Under the pieces are notes generated by a model. The model had not been told where the DNA came from and did no database searches. It saw only the letters and a list, made by a program, of their open reading frames with translations. The translations under genes and the position numbers were made by a program. DNA of 64,000 nt from a virus: IMG/VR virus record IMGVR_UViG_3300025133_000024, one strand, 5' to 3'. Each line of letters starts with the position of its first letter. Within the stretch, counting starts at the first letter, position 1. Shown in pieces: positions 50,512-59,056 of the stretch.

Positions 50512-51765
50512 TTAAAGCTCTTTCACTTCCCATGATTCATATCCTTTTCTATTTTCCCAAGAACCATGTTTTTCAACAACATCATCCATAATTTTAACCC
50601 ATTTTTCTTCAAACTTGTTAAAATTATAGTTTTTATGCATATGCTTCATTCCGTTCAAACCCATCTTTTCATACTTTTCAGGCTTGTTTTTCCACATATC
50701 ATAAAGTTCTTTGAGTTTTTTCAAAAATGTTTCTTTGTTAATCCTGTCTTCATAAATGTAAGGAACCTGCTGAGAGCCGACGACCATTTGTGAACATGGC
50801 CTAATTCCTCTTCCAAACCATTTCTTTCCATCTGTCACTTGCTCTTGAAGTCCACCTGTCATCGTAACCAACACAGGAGTTGCACAATTAAGACTCTCCA
50901 AACAACTTAAACCAAAGCCCTCAGCATCAGAAATTGCAACTGTCAAGTCAACAGCGTTATACATTTGACATAAAGTTTCAGGAACAACAGCAGCCGTTGA
51001 AAACTTAACTTGTCCATCCATCAAATCAAAATCCACCACAATTTGTTCCAAATCAGGTCCATTAGGGTCTTTTGGGTTTGTATGCATCAACAACATTGCC
51101 TTGTCATGACCAACCATATCAAGAAAATCCTTGAACCAAACAATAAGATTCCCAGACATTTTTCTTCGTGCATTTCTACTATTAAAAAACAAGACAAACT
51201 TATCTTTGTCTTCCTTCAAAATATCTTCTTTCACTGCTTTCGAATTTAACCTGCAAAAAACATCTGGATTTGTTGTATGAGGAAGATATTCAGAGTCCAC
51301 TGAGGGAGAGACTTCTTTCACAATATCATGCGTTACTTTAGAAATACACACAATCTTGTCATTACTTTTGTAAAATTTGTCATTGTATTTGGGGGCATAA
51401 TAGTTGTCCCACACATGGTAGTATACCATCGGAATCAACGGGCGAACTTCGTTCTCAATCGTCCACAGCCATTCATAAAATCTTGGGTCTGTCATAAACC
51501 ACAAAACATCCGGTCGCTCTGTTCTCAAAATAGAGCGAATTGCATCTTGATTTCCATATCCATCAACAGGATAAACAATAAAGTCTTCTCCCCAGGGGTC
51601 AATTGCTTGTGGCTCATAAGATTGATGTTTGATTGCACCACCCAAACAAACAAATTTATAGCGGTCTGTTTTTAATAATGCTTCAATAAACATTTTTGTT
51701 TGAGTTCCAACTCCAGATGGACTCATGGGATGGTCACTTATAACCAATACTTTTTTCTTATTCAT
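50512..51765 (-). CDS. GT4-family glycosyltransferase
   Basis: SDHPMSPSGVG, FFNSRNARRK, ISDAEGFGLSCLESL...TGGLQEQV. Confidence 0.9.
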   Translation of the reverse strand: MNKKKVLVISDHPMSPSGVGTQTKMFIEALLKTDRYKFVCLGGAIKHQSYEPQAIDPWGEDFIVYPVDGYGNQDAIRSILRTERPDVLWFMTDPRFYEWLWTIENEVRPLIPMVYYHVWDNYYAPKYNDKFYKSNDKIVCISKVTHDIVKEVSPSVDSEYLPHTTNPDVFCRLNSKAVKEDILKEDKDKFVLFFNSRNARRKMSGNLIVWFKDFLDMVGHDKAMLLMHTNPKDPNGPDLEQIVVDFDLMDGQVKFSTAAVVPETLCQMYNAVDLTVAISDAEGFGLSCLESLNCATPVLVTMTGGLQEQVTDGKKWFGRGIRPCSQMVVGSQQVPYIYEDRINKETFLKKLKELYDMWKNKPEKYEKMGLNGMKHMHKNYNFNKFEEKWVKIMDDVVEKHGSWENRKGYESWEVKEL

Positions 51766-51778
51766 CTAAAACCTCTTT

Positions 51779-52156
51779 TTAATTTATCTCTTCTATACAG
51801 AGATGTCCCCCACGGTCTAAGCTATTTTTATTCATAACTGATAGAACAAAATTATGAACCTCAGGGTCAAATGTAGAATTAATTACTGTAAAATATTTCT
51901 TAATAGATTCATCACTACTTTTCACATAATAAGGAATAAGCTCTGCATGAGCCTCAACCATATAAACAACACAAAACTTTATTTCATCTTTGTATTTAGG
52001 TTCATAAAATAAATCGCTGCTAACATAACCAATTGAATCACCATAATACGTTAATAAGTCTTTGAACATATCAGAACCATCATCACTTGCTGGGTCAACA
52101 ATAACCGAATATCCTAACCAACAATCAATTTCCATTTCTTTAACCTTACCACTCAT
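51779..52156 (-). CDS. Hypothetical protein
   Basis: 125-aa ORF. Confidence 0.6.
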   Translation of the reverse strand: MSGKVKEMEIDCWLGYSVIVDPASDDGSDMFKDLLTYYGDSIGYVSSDLFYEPKYKDEIKFCVVYMVEAHAELIPYYVKSSDESIKKYFTVINSTFDPEVHNFVLSVMNKNSLDRGGHLCIEEIN

Positions 52157-52211
52157 TTATTAAACACCATACACTTGAAATTGGATATTATCATACATTT
52201 ATGTTTTTTTC

Positions 52212-52394
52212 TCATTTTTTTGCAAAATTATTTTTCATAAGACAAAACTTCAGTGCAGCCATTAACATTATATTCAATTTCATTTCCTTTCTTTTTCGCA
52301 AAATTATCATGTTTGTATACAAACTCAGAGCTAAATTTCCCTTAGAAGTGTAAAAGTAATGACCTTTTTTAGCTATTTTCATCTTTGTCCTCAT
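52212..52394 (-). CDS. Small hypothetical protein
   Basis: 60-aa ORF overlapping the upstream ORF; KKGH motif. Confidence 0.4.
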   Translation of the reverse strand: MRTKMKIAKKGHYFYTSKGNLALSLYTNMIILRKRKEMKLNIMLMAALKFCLMKNNFAKK

Positions 52395-52581
52395 AAGAAA
52401 TATATTTATAGTGATTATGGAGACATCTGTTCGTTACAATACTCGTATCCTCATACCTCTCTATACCAACTATAAAATATTTTGGGTCTTTATATATGAC
52501 TAAAAATTCGTTTTTGTTTAGTCTAAGATTTATGAGATATTCATAATCAAAGTTTGATATTGACAAAGCACCTTTACTCAT
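52369..52581 (-). CDS. Small hypothetical protein (tandem small-ORF family)
   Basis: 70 aa, ends YISYED. Confidence 0.55.
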   Translation of the reverse strand: MSKGALSISNFDYEYLINLRLNKNEFLVIYKDPKYFIVGIERYEDTSIVTNRCLHNHYKYISYEDKDENS

Positions 52582-52759
52582 TTTCTTCCTCGTATGTTAA
52601 AATGTGAAAATAAGGGTTGTTATGAACACTTGATTTCATTTCAATAATTTGCGATCCTGTGGGGATAATATACAACCTTTTATTATTTTTTAATATTAAA
52701 TGAACAGAATTAAAAACCTTATCCAATAAAACAGTTCCATTATCATAAAGTGACTTCAT
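52574..52759 (-). CDS. Small hypothetical protein (tandem small-ORF family)
   Basis: 61 aa, ends ILTYEE. Confidence 0.55.
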   Translation of the reverse strand: MKSLYDNGTVLLDKVFNSVHLILKNNKRLYIIPTGSQIIEMKSSVHNNPYFHILTYEEENE

Positions 52760-52760
52760 G

Positions 52761-53645
52761 TTACCACCTACAATATTCAGTTTTATAAAATGAACAGAAT
52801 TTACAAGAATCTCGATTCTTTGGGAACAAATTCAACTCATCACTTTTGATAACTTTGCTGAGGAGGGAGAGAGCGTTGCTTGTTTTTTTGTTGCCCGAAG
52901 AGATTCTTAACAACTCAACCTTTTCTTCCTTTGCTGTTCTCTTGAGAAGAATAAAATAAGTCTCAACGTCCTTTTTATCCCAGTTGTATTTGTTGCACAG
53001 AAAGTTCTTGTATAACGTCAATTGATAAGTTATTTTGGGGTCTGTTTTTTTCTTAAGGTTCCAGCCCCAAGATGTTGTTTTAAAATCGATAATATGAATT
53101 TTATTGTCTTTTTTGGTTTTTAGAATCAAATCCACAAAACCTGTGAAAACATATCCCTTTTGCTTCAGGGGCGTATAAATTCTGTCTTCACATCCTAGAA
53201 CTTCATAATCACCAAAGTATTCTTTCAAACAAGGAAGAATCAAGTTTGAAATTTCTTGACCTTGAAGTCTCATCTCAGAAAGTAGTTTTTTATTAAAAGT
53301 TTTATAAAGATTGTCTTTGAAGTGTTTTAAGGTGGCAGGATAAGTGTTTAGTTTTTGTTCTGTCAGTTTCTTGTTATTGTAGAACTCGATGAAGAATTTT
53401 GAGGCTAGAAACAAAACAAGGCTTTTGTCATAGTGTTCAACAAAAGCCTTATCAAAATTTTCTGTTAGGTTTTCTAATGCGATTTGCTCACATATATCAT
53501 GAATTACATTTCCAAAAATAGTATATTCATTAGCCGTGAACGAAGAAAGTTTTTCTCGATATGAGAGTTTATATCTGTATGGGCACTCAATCCATGTTTT
53601 TATCGCTGAGTATGATATTTTTCTTTTGGGTTTTTTTAGATTCAT
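52761..53645 (-). CDS. RecB/AddB-like PD-(D/E)XK exonuclease with 4-Cys Fe-S staple
   Basis: SYSAIKTWIECP, GNVIH, E..I, GFVDLI...IIDFKT, C-terminal CKFC...C. Confidence 0.88.
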   Translation of the reverse strand: MNLKKPKRKISYSAIKTWIECPYRYKLSYREKLSSFTANEYTIFGNVIHDICEQIALENLTENFDKAFVEHYDKSLVLFLASKFFIEFYNNKKLTEQKLNTYPATLKHFKDNLYKTFNKKLLSEMRLQGQEISNLILPCLKEYFGDYEVLGCEDRIYTPLKQKGYVFTGFVDLILKTKKDNKIHIIDFKTTSWGWNLKKKTDPKITYQLTLYKNFLCNKYNWDKKDVETYFILLKRTAKEEKVELLRISSGNKKTSNALSLLSKVIKSDELNLFPKNRDSCKFCSFYKTEYCRW

Positions 53646-53898
53646 TTTTCTTCTTTTTACATAATTTTTCTTTCAACAAAAACTTAAAATTCCCTTCTAG
53701 TTTGTTCACATCCCAATTGCATACATAATCAACCTCTCCAAGATAATTCTCAATGTTATAGCCTTTGTCTGTTAATTCTTTTTCTGCGTCCTTCCAGGAA
53801 TACGCAAATTTCGCGTGCCTTGCTAGTACTCGTGCTTTTAATATAACACGTAGGGACACCTCTTGGCAAGTCTTTTTTATTTTTTTTTCTTTAAACAT
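53587..53898 (-). CDS. Hypothetical protein
   Basis: 103-aa basic ORF overlapping the neighbours. Confidence 0.55.
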   Translation of the reverse strand: MFKEKKIKKTCQEVSLRVILKARVLARHAKFAYSWKDAEKELTDKGYNIENYLGEVDYVCNWDVNKLEGNFKFLLKEKLCKKKKNESKKTQKKNIILSDKNMD

Positions 53899-54589
53899 TT
53901 TGGCCCGTTACCTCCATCTCTAAGTCCTTGATTCTATTGAACAAATTTGGACACACCACTTCAAGTCTCTCTTTACCGGCTAAATAATAATGCTCAAACC
54001 CATTGGCAAAATACTCTCTCAGAGATGTTGCAGCATAGGGAGAATAGAACAAATCTTGAGTAAAAGCTTCCAATTTATCATAACCGATGTGGTGATAAAA
54101 CAACTCATCTATTTCTTCGTCATAATCAGGCGAATGGAACTTGTTATACAACTGTTTATTAAAGTTTAGCCCTTTATTTGACAAGGTTTGATAAAGATTA
54201 TATCTTTTTTCAATAAATTCACCTTCAAGAGTTTTATCACCATAAATTAGGTTGTAATATCTTTCTTCTAGAGCATGACCCAATTCATGAACAACATCAT
54301 CTAAAAAATCTGATTCTGATTCTTGTCGATTTGTGACATAAATTGCATTATCTTTGAAGATAGCATTAATTTCTCGTTGTTCGAATTCTTTAATATGAGC
54401 AACATAAATCCCATCAATCGCATTAAAATATCTCGGCGGGATATTTTTTTTAACATAATCGACAATATAATTTATATTAAAGAATTCAGGAAGAGAATGA
54501 ACAATCGTCATTTGACAATTATTAGTTATTTCAACAATGCTTTGTTTGTTTTTTTCAGGAATTGCTTTCTTTATATATTCTAAAATCAT
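53891..54589 (-). CDS. Zincin metallopeptidase (lethal-factor-like)
   Basis: VVHELGHALE plus SPYAATSLREYFANGFE. Confidence 0.75.
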   Translation of the reverse strand: MILEYIKKAIPEKNKQSIVEITNNCQMTIVHSLPEFFNINYIVDYVKKNIPPRYFNAIDGIYVAHIKEFEQREINAIFKDNAIYVTNRQESESDFLDDVVHELGHALEERYYNLIYGDKTLEGEFIEKRYNLYQTLSNKGLNFNKQLYNKFHSPDYDEEIDELFYHHIGYDKLEAFTQDLFYSPYAATSLREYFANGFEHYYLAGKERLEVVCPNLFNRIKDLEMEVTGQNV

Positions 54590-54846
54590 TATTTTTTACC
54601 TTCTTCATCTTTTACTTCTTCTTTATCTTGAAGGGCTTGATTGTATCCTCGAAAAAAATTCTCTTCAGCTAAAATCTGAAGAAACTCAGGAAATTCTTCT
54701 GAGAATATGTCGAAGACCATTTCAACATCAACTTTGTTATCTTCGGGTTTTAATTTTTCTCCTGTATATTCAACAATCAAATCTCGCAAAGTAATATTTT
54801 CTTCCGATGTTGTTAAAAGTTTTTTAAGCAATGGATGTTTAAGCAT
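54589..54846 (-). CDS. Small hypothetical protein
   Basis: 85 aa, EEFPEF...AEENFFRGY.QAL.D pattern. Confidence 0.7.
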   Translation of the reverse strand: MLKHPLLKKLLTTSEENITLRDLIVEYTGEKLKPEDNKVDVEMVFDIFSEEFPEFLQILAEENFFRGYNQALQDKEEVKDEEGKK

Positions 54847-54857
54847 GATATTTTCCT

Positions 54858-56177
54858 TTATAAAAGTTCTGCTGCTAGGGATGCCACTTCACTTCTGTGA
54901 CCTTTAATCAAGTGAACATGTCCCGATAATTTTTGTTCTTTAAATTTCTCTACAAGATATGTCAAGCCATTCGTTCTTTTGTTAATCTTGTGATTGTCAA
55001 TTTGGTCAATATCTCCTGTGAAAATAATCTTAGAACCTTTACCAACCCTGGTTAAAATAGTCTTTATTTCATGTGGGTGAAGATTTTGACTTTCATCAAT
55101 GATGATAATTGAATTTGCTAGTGAACGTCCACGAATATAAGTTGGAGCTTCAACTTCAATTATTCCCTCGACAATATATTCTTCAAATATAGATTTATCA
55201 CCAAATAGAAACTCAAGATTATCTTTAATAGGTGAAACCCAAGGAGATAATTTTTCTTGCATATTTCCTGGGAGGTAGCCAATGTCGTTCCCCATTGGTT
55301 GAATTGGTCTAGAAACAATGACCTTGTTGTACTGTTCTGTGACTAAAGTCTGATACAAAGCTGTAGAGAGAGCTAATAATGTCTTTCCACATCCACTTTT
55401 CCCGACCAATGTAACAACCGGAACATTTTTATCCAATAACAAGTTCATTGAAAAATTCTGTTCTTTGTTCAGAGGCACAGCCCAATCAACACTAAAATTA
55501 TCAAAATCATATTTTTTAAAAGATTTTTTATTATATTCTTTGATAAGTTGGAAAATGCCTGATTCTCGATGTCTTACCAAAGCAGATTTATTAGTTTTTG
55601 TTTTGAAAATTACAAAGTCATTTGGAAATAAATCATATTTTGTTTCTTGGTGAATTTGTTTTTTAACAAATAATAAGTCCATATCTTCTTCTGAAATAGT
55701 GTGTGTTTTTGTAGTTTGCAAGGAATAATCAAGGGTTTTTTCTTGGGAGACAGTATCTTCGTAATCAATACCTAAAAACATTGCTTTCAACTGGAGGTTG
55801 AAGTCGTTTGATAATAACACAACTTTTTTATTTTTTTTCTTAAAAAACAAACAAACGTTCAAAATTTTATCATCTGGTTTGTTTAGGTCCAGTTCACCCG
55901 ATAAATTATCCAAAATATCTTCTTGCAAAATAAGAAAGCCATGCTGAGGGGATATTTTTGCTTTTTTCTTGTTGGGTGATTTTTCTATGATTTCTTTTAT
56001 TAACCTTATGGATTGACGGGCATGATAGCCACTCTCCTTTTTGTTAGTTTTGTTGTTGTCGAGTTCTTTAATTACTTGATATGGGAGAATTAAGTTGTTT
56101 GTTTTGTAATCAAGAATACAGGAAGAATCGTTAAGGAGGGTGTTTGTGTCTAGAACATAGTAGGTTTTTTTAGCCAT
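54858..56177 (-). CDS. phoH: PIN-PhoH protein (PhoH2/YlaK-like)
   Basis: YVLDTN...ELD...DDKIL...SNDFNL (PIN); GKSGCGKT Walker A, YIRGRSL, IIDESQN, ILTRVG, TGDIDQID; start refined to 56177. Confidence 0.95.
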   Translation of the reverse strand: MAKKTYYVLDTNTLLNDSSCILDYKTNNLILPYQVIKELDNNKTNKKESGYHARQSIRLIKEIIEKSPNKKKAKISPQHGFLILQEDILDNLSGELDLNKPDDKILNVCLFFKKKNKKVVLLSNDFNLQLKAMFLGIDYEDTVSQEKTLDYSLQTTKTHTISEEDMDLLFVKKQIHQETKYDLFPNDFVIFKTKTNKSALVRHRESGIFQLIKEYNKKSFKKYDFDNFSVDWAVPLNKEQNFSMNLLLDKNVPVVTLVGKSGCGKTLLALSTALYQTLVTEQYNKVIVSRPIQPMGNDIGYLPGNMQEKLSPWVSPIKDNLEFLFGDKSIFEEYIVEGIIEVEAPTYIRGRSLANSIIIIDESQNLHPHEIKTILTRVGKGSKIIFTGDIDQIDNHKINKRTNGLTYLVEKFKEQKLSGHVHLIKGHRSEVASLAAELL

Positions 56178-56266
56178 GTAACGTTTTTTAACTCCAACTT
56201 GCAAAAATTAATGGAAAAAAAGTTTCTCCGTAAAATAGGGAACTTACAGAAAATCGTAAAAAATAC

Positions 56267-56296
56267 TTTACAATAATTAGATTTTTGTGGTATTAT
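56267..56296 (+). promoter_or_regulatory. Candidate sigma70-type promoter upstream of the protease gene
   Basis: TTTACA (56267-56272), 18 bp spacer, extended -10 TGgTATTAT (56288-56296), A-rich upstream sequence. Confidence 0.45.
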
Positions 56297-56357
56297 AATT
56301 TTGCAAGGAGATGATAATTGGCTGTACAAGGGTGATAAAATATTTCTTTCTTAATAT

Positions 56358-56364
56358 TATTTAT
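56358..56364 (+). promoter_or_regulatory. Possible late-promoter element TATTTAT
   Basis: TATTTAT 38 nt before the protease ATG; the same heptamer lies on the minus strand at 63090-63096 before the nucleotidyltransferase. AT-rich context makes a chance match plausible. Confidence 0.25.
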
Positions 56365-56401
56365 ATAAAGAATAGTACTAAGAATAAAAAGGAAAATCAT
56401 T

Positions 56402-57208
56402 ATGTCTTATAAAACTTTATATAAATTATTTATTATTATTTTTATGTTAAATATTTCTTGTTTATATAATATTAAAACTAAAAATATAATAAATAATAAA
56501 AAAACATATATACAATCTAGTATATTAAAATTAGAAAATAAAGTATATCTAAAAATAATAAATAAAAAAAATAATAAACTTATAAATATTTTAAATTTTA
56601 ATTCTTCTTCTACTGGTATATATATAAAACATAAAAATAAGAAATATTATATTTTAACTGTATTTCATTCTATTAATCAATCTATAAAATATCTAAAAAA
56701 AATAAGAAAAGTATTATATCCCAATAAAAAGAAATATAAATTAAAATTTATATACAAAATTAATGGTATTTCTTATAACTTAAAAAATCATAAATTTAAT
56801 ATACAAAAAATATCTAAAAAATATGATTTAATGATTTTATATACAAAACAAAAAATAAATTATAAGCCTATGATAATAGCAAAACGAAAACCGAAACAAT
56901 ACACAAAAATTAGAACAGCTTCTGTTCCACTTGGATACCATTTCGATAATTTTATTTATACATTTCAAGGAATTTATTTAGGAGAAAGAAAGAAAAAATC
57001 ATACTTCTTCAGCAAAACAAAAAAATCCCCAAAAGGAGATTACTCAATATATACCTCAGTGATTTATCCAGGTTCTTCTGGAGGAGCTATCACTCAGAAC
57101 AATAAATTAATTGGAGTTATTCTTGGTTATGATATACGTATACGAAATTCAATGTTATCTGCCACACTAAAAGAAATACAAACCTTTACGAAATTCCTTT
57201 TTCAATAA
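56402..57208 (+). CDS. Trypsin-like (S1) serine protease, possibly secreted or lipoprotein
   Basis: ILTVFH (His), YDLMIL (Asp), YPGSSGG (Ser); hydrophobic N-terminus ending in SC. Confidence 0.8.
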   Translation: MSYKTLYKLFIIIFMLNISCLYNIKTKNIINNKKTYIQSSILKLENKVYLKIINKKNNKLINILNFNSSSTGIYIKHKNKKYYILTVFHSINQSIKYLKKIRKVLYPNKKKYKLKFIYKINGISYNLKNHKFNIQKISKKYDLMILYTKQKINYKPMIIAKRKPKQYTKIRTASVPLGYHFDNFIYTFQGIYLGERKKKSYFFSKTKKSPKGDYSIYTSVIYPGSSGGAITQNNKLIGVILGYDIRIRNSMLSATLKEIQTFTKFLFQ

Positions 57209-57536
57209 AGTCATCTCCTAAATCAAATTGACCTGCTAAATCCATCATCCCTTGTTCATCCAACTCCAATAGATTTAGCAGGTCTTCTCTACTCTGTGTT
57301 ATTAATAATGCATACCTTAATACAGATTCATAAATTATTGAATCCAAATTCTTCCAAATACCAAAGCAAAAAAACTTATCCTTCAGCACCTTCGATGTAC
57401 ACTCTAACTTTAAAGAAATTAACTCCTCCAAAGTTAAACCATTCAACATCGTTAAAAAATTTCTTGATATTTTCTTCTTCTTGATTAAATGCTCAATAAA
57501 AGAAAAATCATTGTACTTCTTAAACTTGTAAGCCAT
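57186..57536 (-). CDS. Hypothetical protein
   Basis: Start refined to ATG 57536 (MAYKFKK...LTLEELISLKLE); converges on the protease with a 23-bp overlap. Confidence 0.65.
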   Translation of the reverse strand: MAYKFKKYNDFSFIEHLIKKKKISRNFLTMLNGLTLEELISLKLECTSKVLKDKFFCFGIWKNLDSIIYESVLRYALLITQSREDLLNLLELDEQGMMDLAGQFDLGDDFIEKGIS

Positions 57537-58332
57537 CTTGACCCAACATGTTATCAACCTTATGCTTCTCTTCCTCATAACCAGGAATGTCAATTTTACT
57601 GTTAATATCAATGTCTTGAACTTCTTTAAAAGCTTTATCAGCATGAAGCCAAGTATTAATCAATAAATACCGAACAAACAACTCTTTATTTAAATTATCC
57701 GAAATTGAACGATATGCATTTAAAATTACATCATCTATCTCATTCATCATCTCAATTGATTGATTCCTTGCATCCGATTGACCAGAATCACCCTCCAATT
57801 CCATTTGCTGCCGTTTTTCAACTCTTTTGGAAGAATCATCAATATCGGCTGTTGGAAGCTCCAAGTGACCTATGTCCTCTTCTTCACCCTCCTCAGGAAT
57901 ATCAGCAAGCTCACTATCAATCGGTGAACTATCAATATCATCAGGGTCTACATGCAGTTTTACCGATTCATTTAACGCGCCTTGAATCTGAGAGACTTCA
58001 TTTTCAACATCTCTCATATCCAAACTAGTCTCAAACAAATCTTCCAAAAATAAAGCCGTATATTTTTTAAAATATTCAACCCACTTTTCATTACCACCTA
58101 ACTTTTTAGTTCTATCATGAATCTTATCTTTAATTTGAGACAAAACATCATTCAAAACATTAATACCAAGATATTTTGAATATTGCTTGTCCTTTATCTT
58201 TTCTTCAACAATAATCTTTCGAACATAAGACTTTAATAATGAAATCTCTTTTCTCTCTTTCAAAACCTTGTTCCTATATGTCCTTCTTATCTTTTGCCTT
58301 AGATAACTCTCTTGCAAAACATTCATATTCAC
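57520..58332 (-). CDS. Acidic hypothetical protein, candidate head-core/scaffold-type
   Basis: LQES, VRKIIVEE, ALNES (I/L-x-E) motifs and an acidic linker. Confidence 0.55.
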   Translation of the reverse strand: MNMNVLQESYLRQKIRRTYRNKVLKERKEISLLKSYVRKIIVEEKIKDKQYSKYLGINVLNDVLSQIKDKIHDRTKKLGGNEKWVEYFKKYTALFLEDLFETSLDMRDVENEVSQIQGALNESVKLHVDPDDIDSSPIDSELADIPEEGEEEDIGHLELPTADIDDSSKRVEKRQQMELEGDSGQSDARNQSIEMMNEIDDVILNAYRSISDNLNKELFVRYLLINTWLHADKAFKEVQDIDINSKIDIPGYEEEKHKVDNMLGQDGLQV

Positions 58333-58338
58333 AAACCC

Positions 58339-58560
58339 TTATTCATAAAATTTTTCTTTCAATTTATCCAACTTATCCACAATCTCACGTTTGGTCATCT
58401 CCTCCTCAACCTCAACCCCAAATCCCTCAGCAATCTCCATCAACTTCTCTTTTCTCATCGTCTTCTTATACTCAGCATCCAAAATATGAGGCTTTCCAAC
58501 CTCCTTAACCTGCTTTCCCTTAACCCTACTTAACCAAACCTTTTTCCATCGTTTTCCCAT
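58339..58560 (-). CDS. Small protein with Rho-N/HeH-like domain
   Basis: MRKEKLMEIAEGFGVEV...MTKREIVDKL pattern. Confidence 0.6.
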   Translation of the reverse strand: MGKRWKKVWLSRVKGKQVKEVGKPHILDAEYKKTMRKEKLMEIAEGFGVEVEEEMTKREIVDKLDKLKEKFYE

Positions 58561-58613
58561 TTTATATTTTCTCCATAATGTTTTTTATATATCTCACAAC
58601 CACCTCCGCGCCA

Positions 58614-58675
58614 CAGCAGCACACCAAAGAGCAACGGAGAGAGGTTTTTAGAAGTTTATTGACCCCATGGTCATG
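58614..58675 (-). promoter_or_regulatory. Conserved 62-bp intergenic element, copy 1
   Basis: Ungapped 46/62 identity with 63126-63187; ends 54 nt upstream of the 58560 start. Confidence 0.6.
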
Positions 58676-58724
58676 TGGTGTGTTCATGGCTCTCTGAGGG
58701 TCTAATAATTTGAATTAAAATTGT

Positions 58725-59042
58725 TTAATCTACCGGGAAGTGTTTTCCAAAGATAGAATCATATAGTCCCGATTCGAATTCATCTAACGAACGTTTTATT
58801 TTTGTTGTTACTATTCTTACAATTTCTTCATTTCTTTTTTTGCTATACTCGTCACCTGTTTTGAGAAAAGCCAATACAAGAGAGAAAAGTTCGGCTTTCA
58901 TTCGAGTGATGTTTATTTTCTTTGCTTTGTATCTTTTATAAATCTTTTTTGCTGTTGATTCAATATCTTCGAAGCTTGGTTTTCTCCTGATAGTGGTGTC
59001 TAATATGTGAGGACGACTTTCTTTTAATATTTTAATTTTCAT
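58725..59042 (-). CDS. Hypothetical protein with MKIKILKE leader
   Basis: 105-aa ORF. Confidence 0.7.
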   Translation of the reverse strand: MKIKILKESRPHILDTTIRRKPSFEDIESTAKKIYKRYKAKKINITRMKAELFSLVLAFLKTGDEYSKKRNEEIVRIVTTKIKRSLDEFESGLYDSIFGKHFPVD

Positions 59043-59056
59043 TCTATATTTACCTT

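Noticed and set aside
25103-51765. Reading the glycan cluster as a bacterial O-antigen/capsule locus or as giant eukaryotic virus DNA
   Set aside because: No flippase, polymerase or export genes are present, and the cluster is contiguous and co-oriented with gp25, gp6, spike, sigma factor and PhoH genes of a tailed phage.
52761-53645. Cas4/CRISPR interpretation of the Fe-S nuclease
   Set aside because: No repeat-spacer array or other cas gene was seen; RecB-like exonucleases are routine in phages.
56305-56412. Short plus-strand ORF after AAGGAG at 56311
   Set aside because: Zero spacing between the SD and ATG, about 33 codons, low complexity; likely noise.
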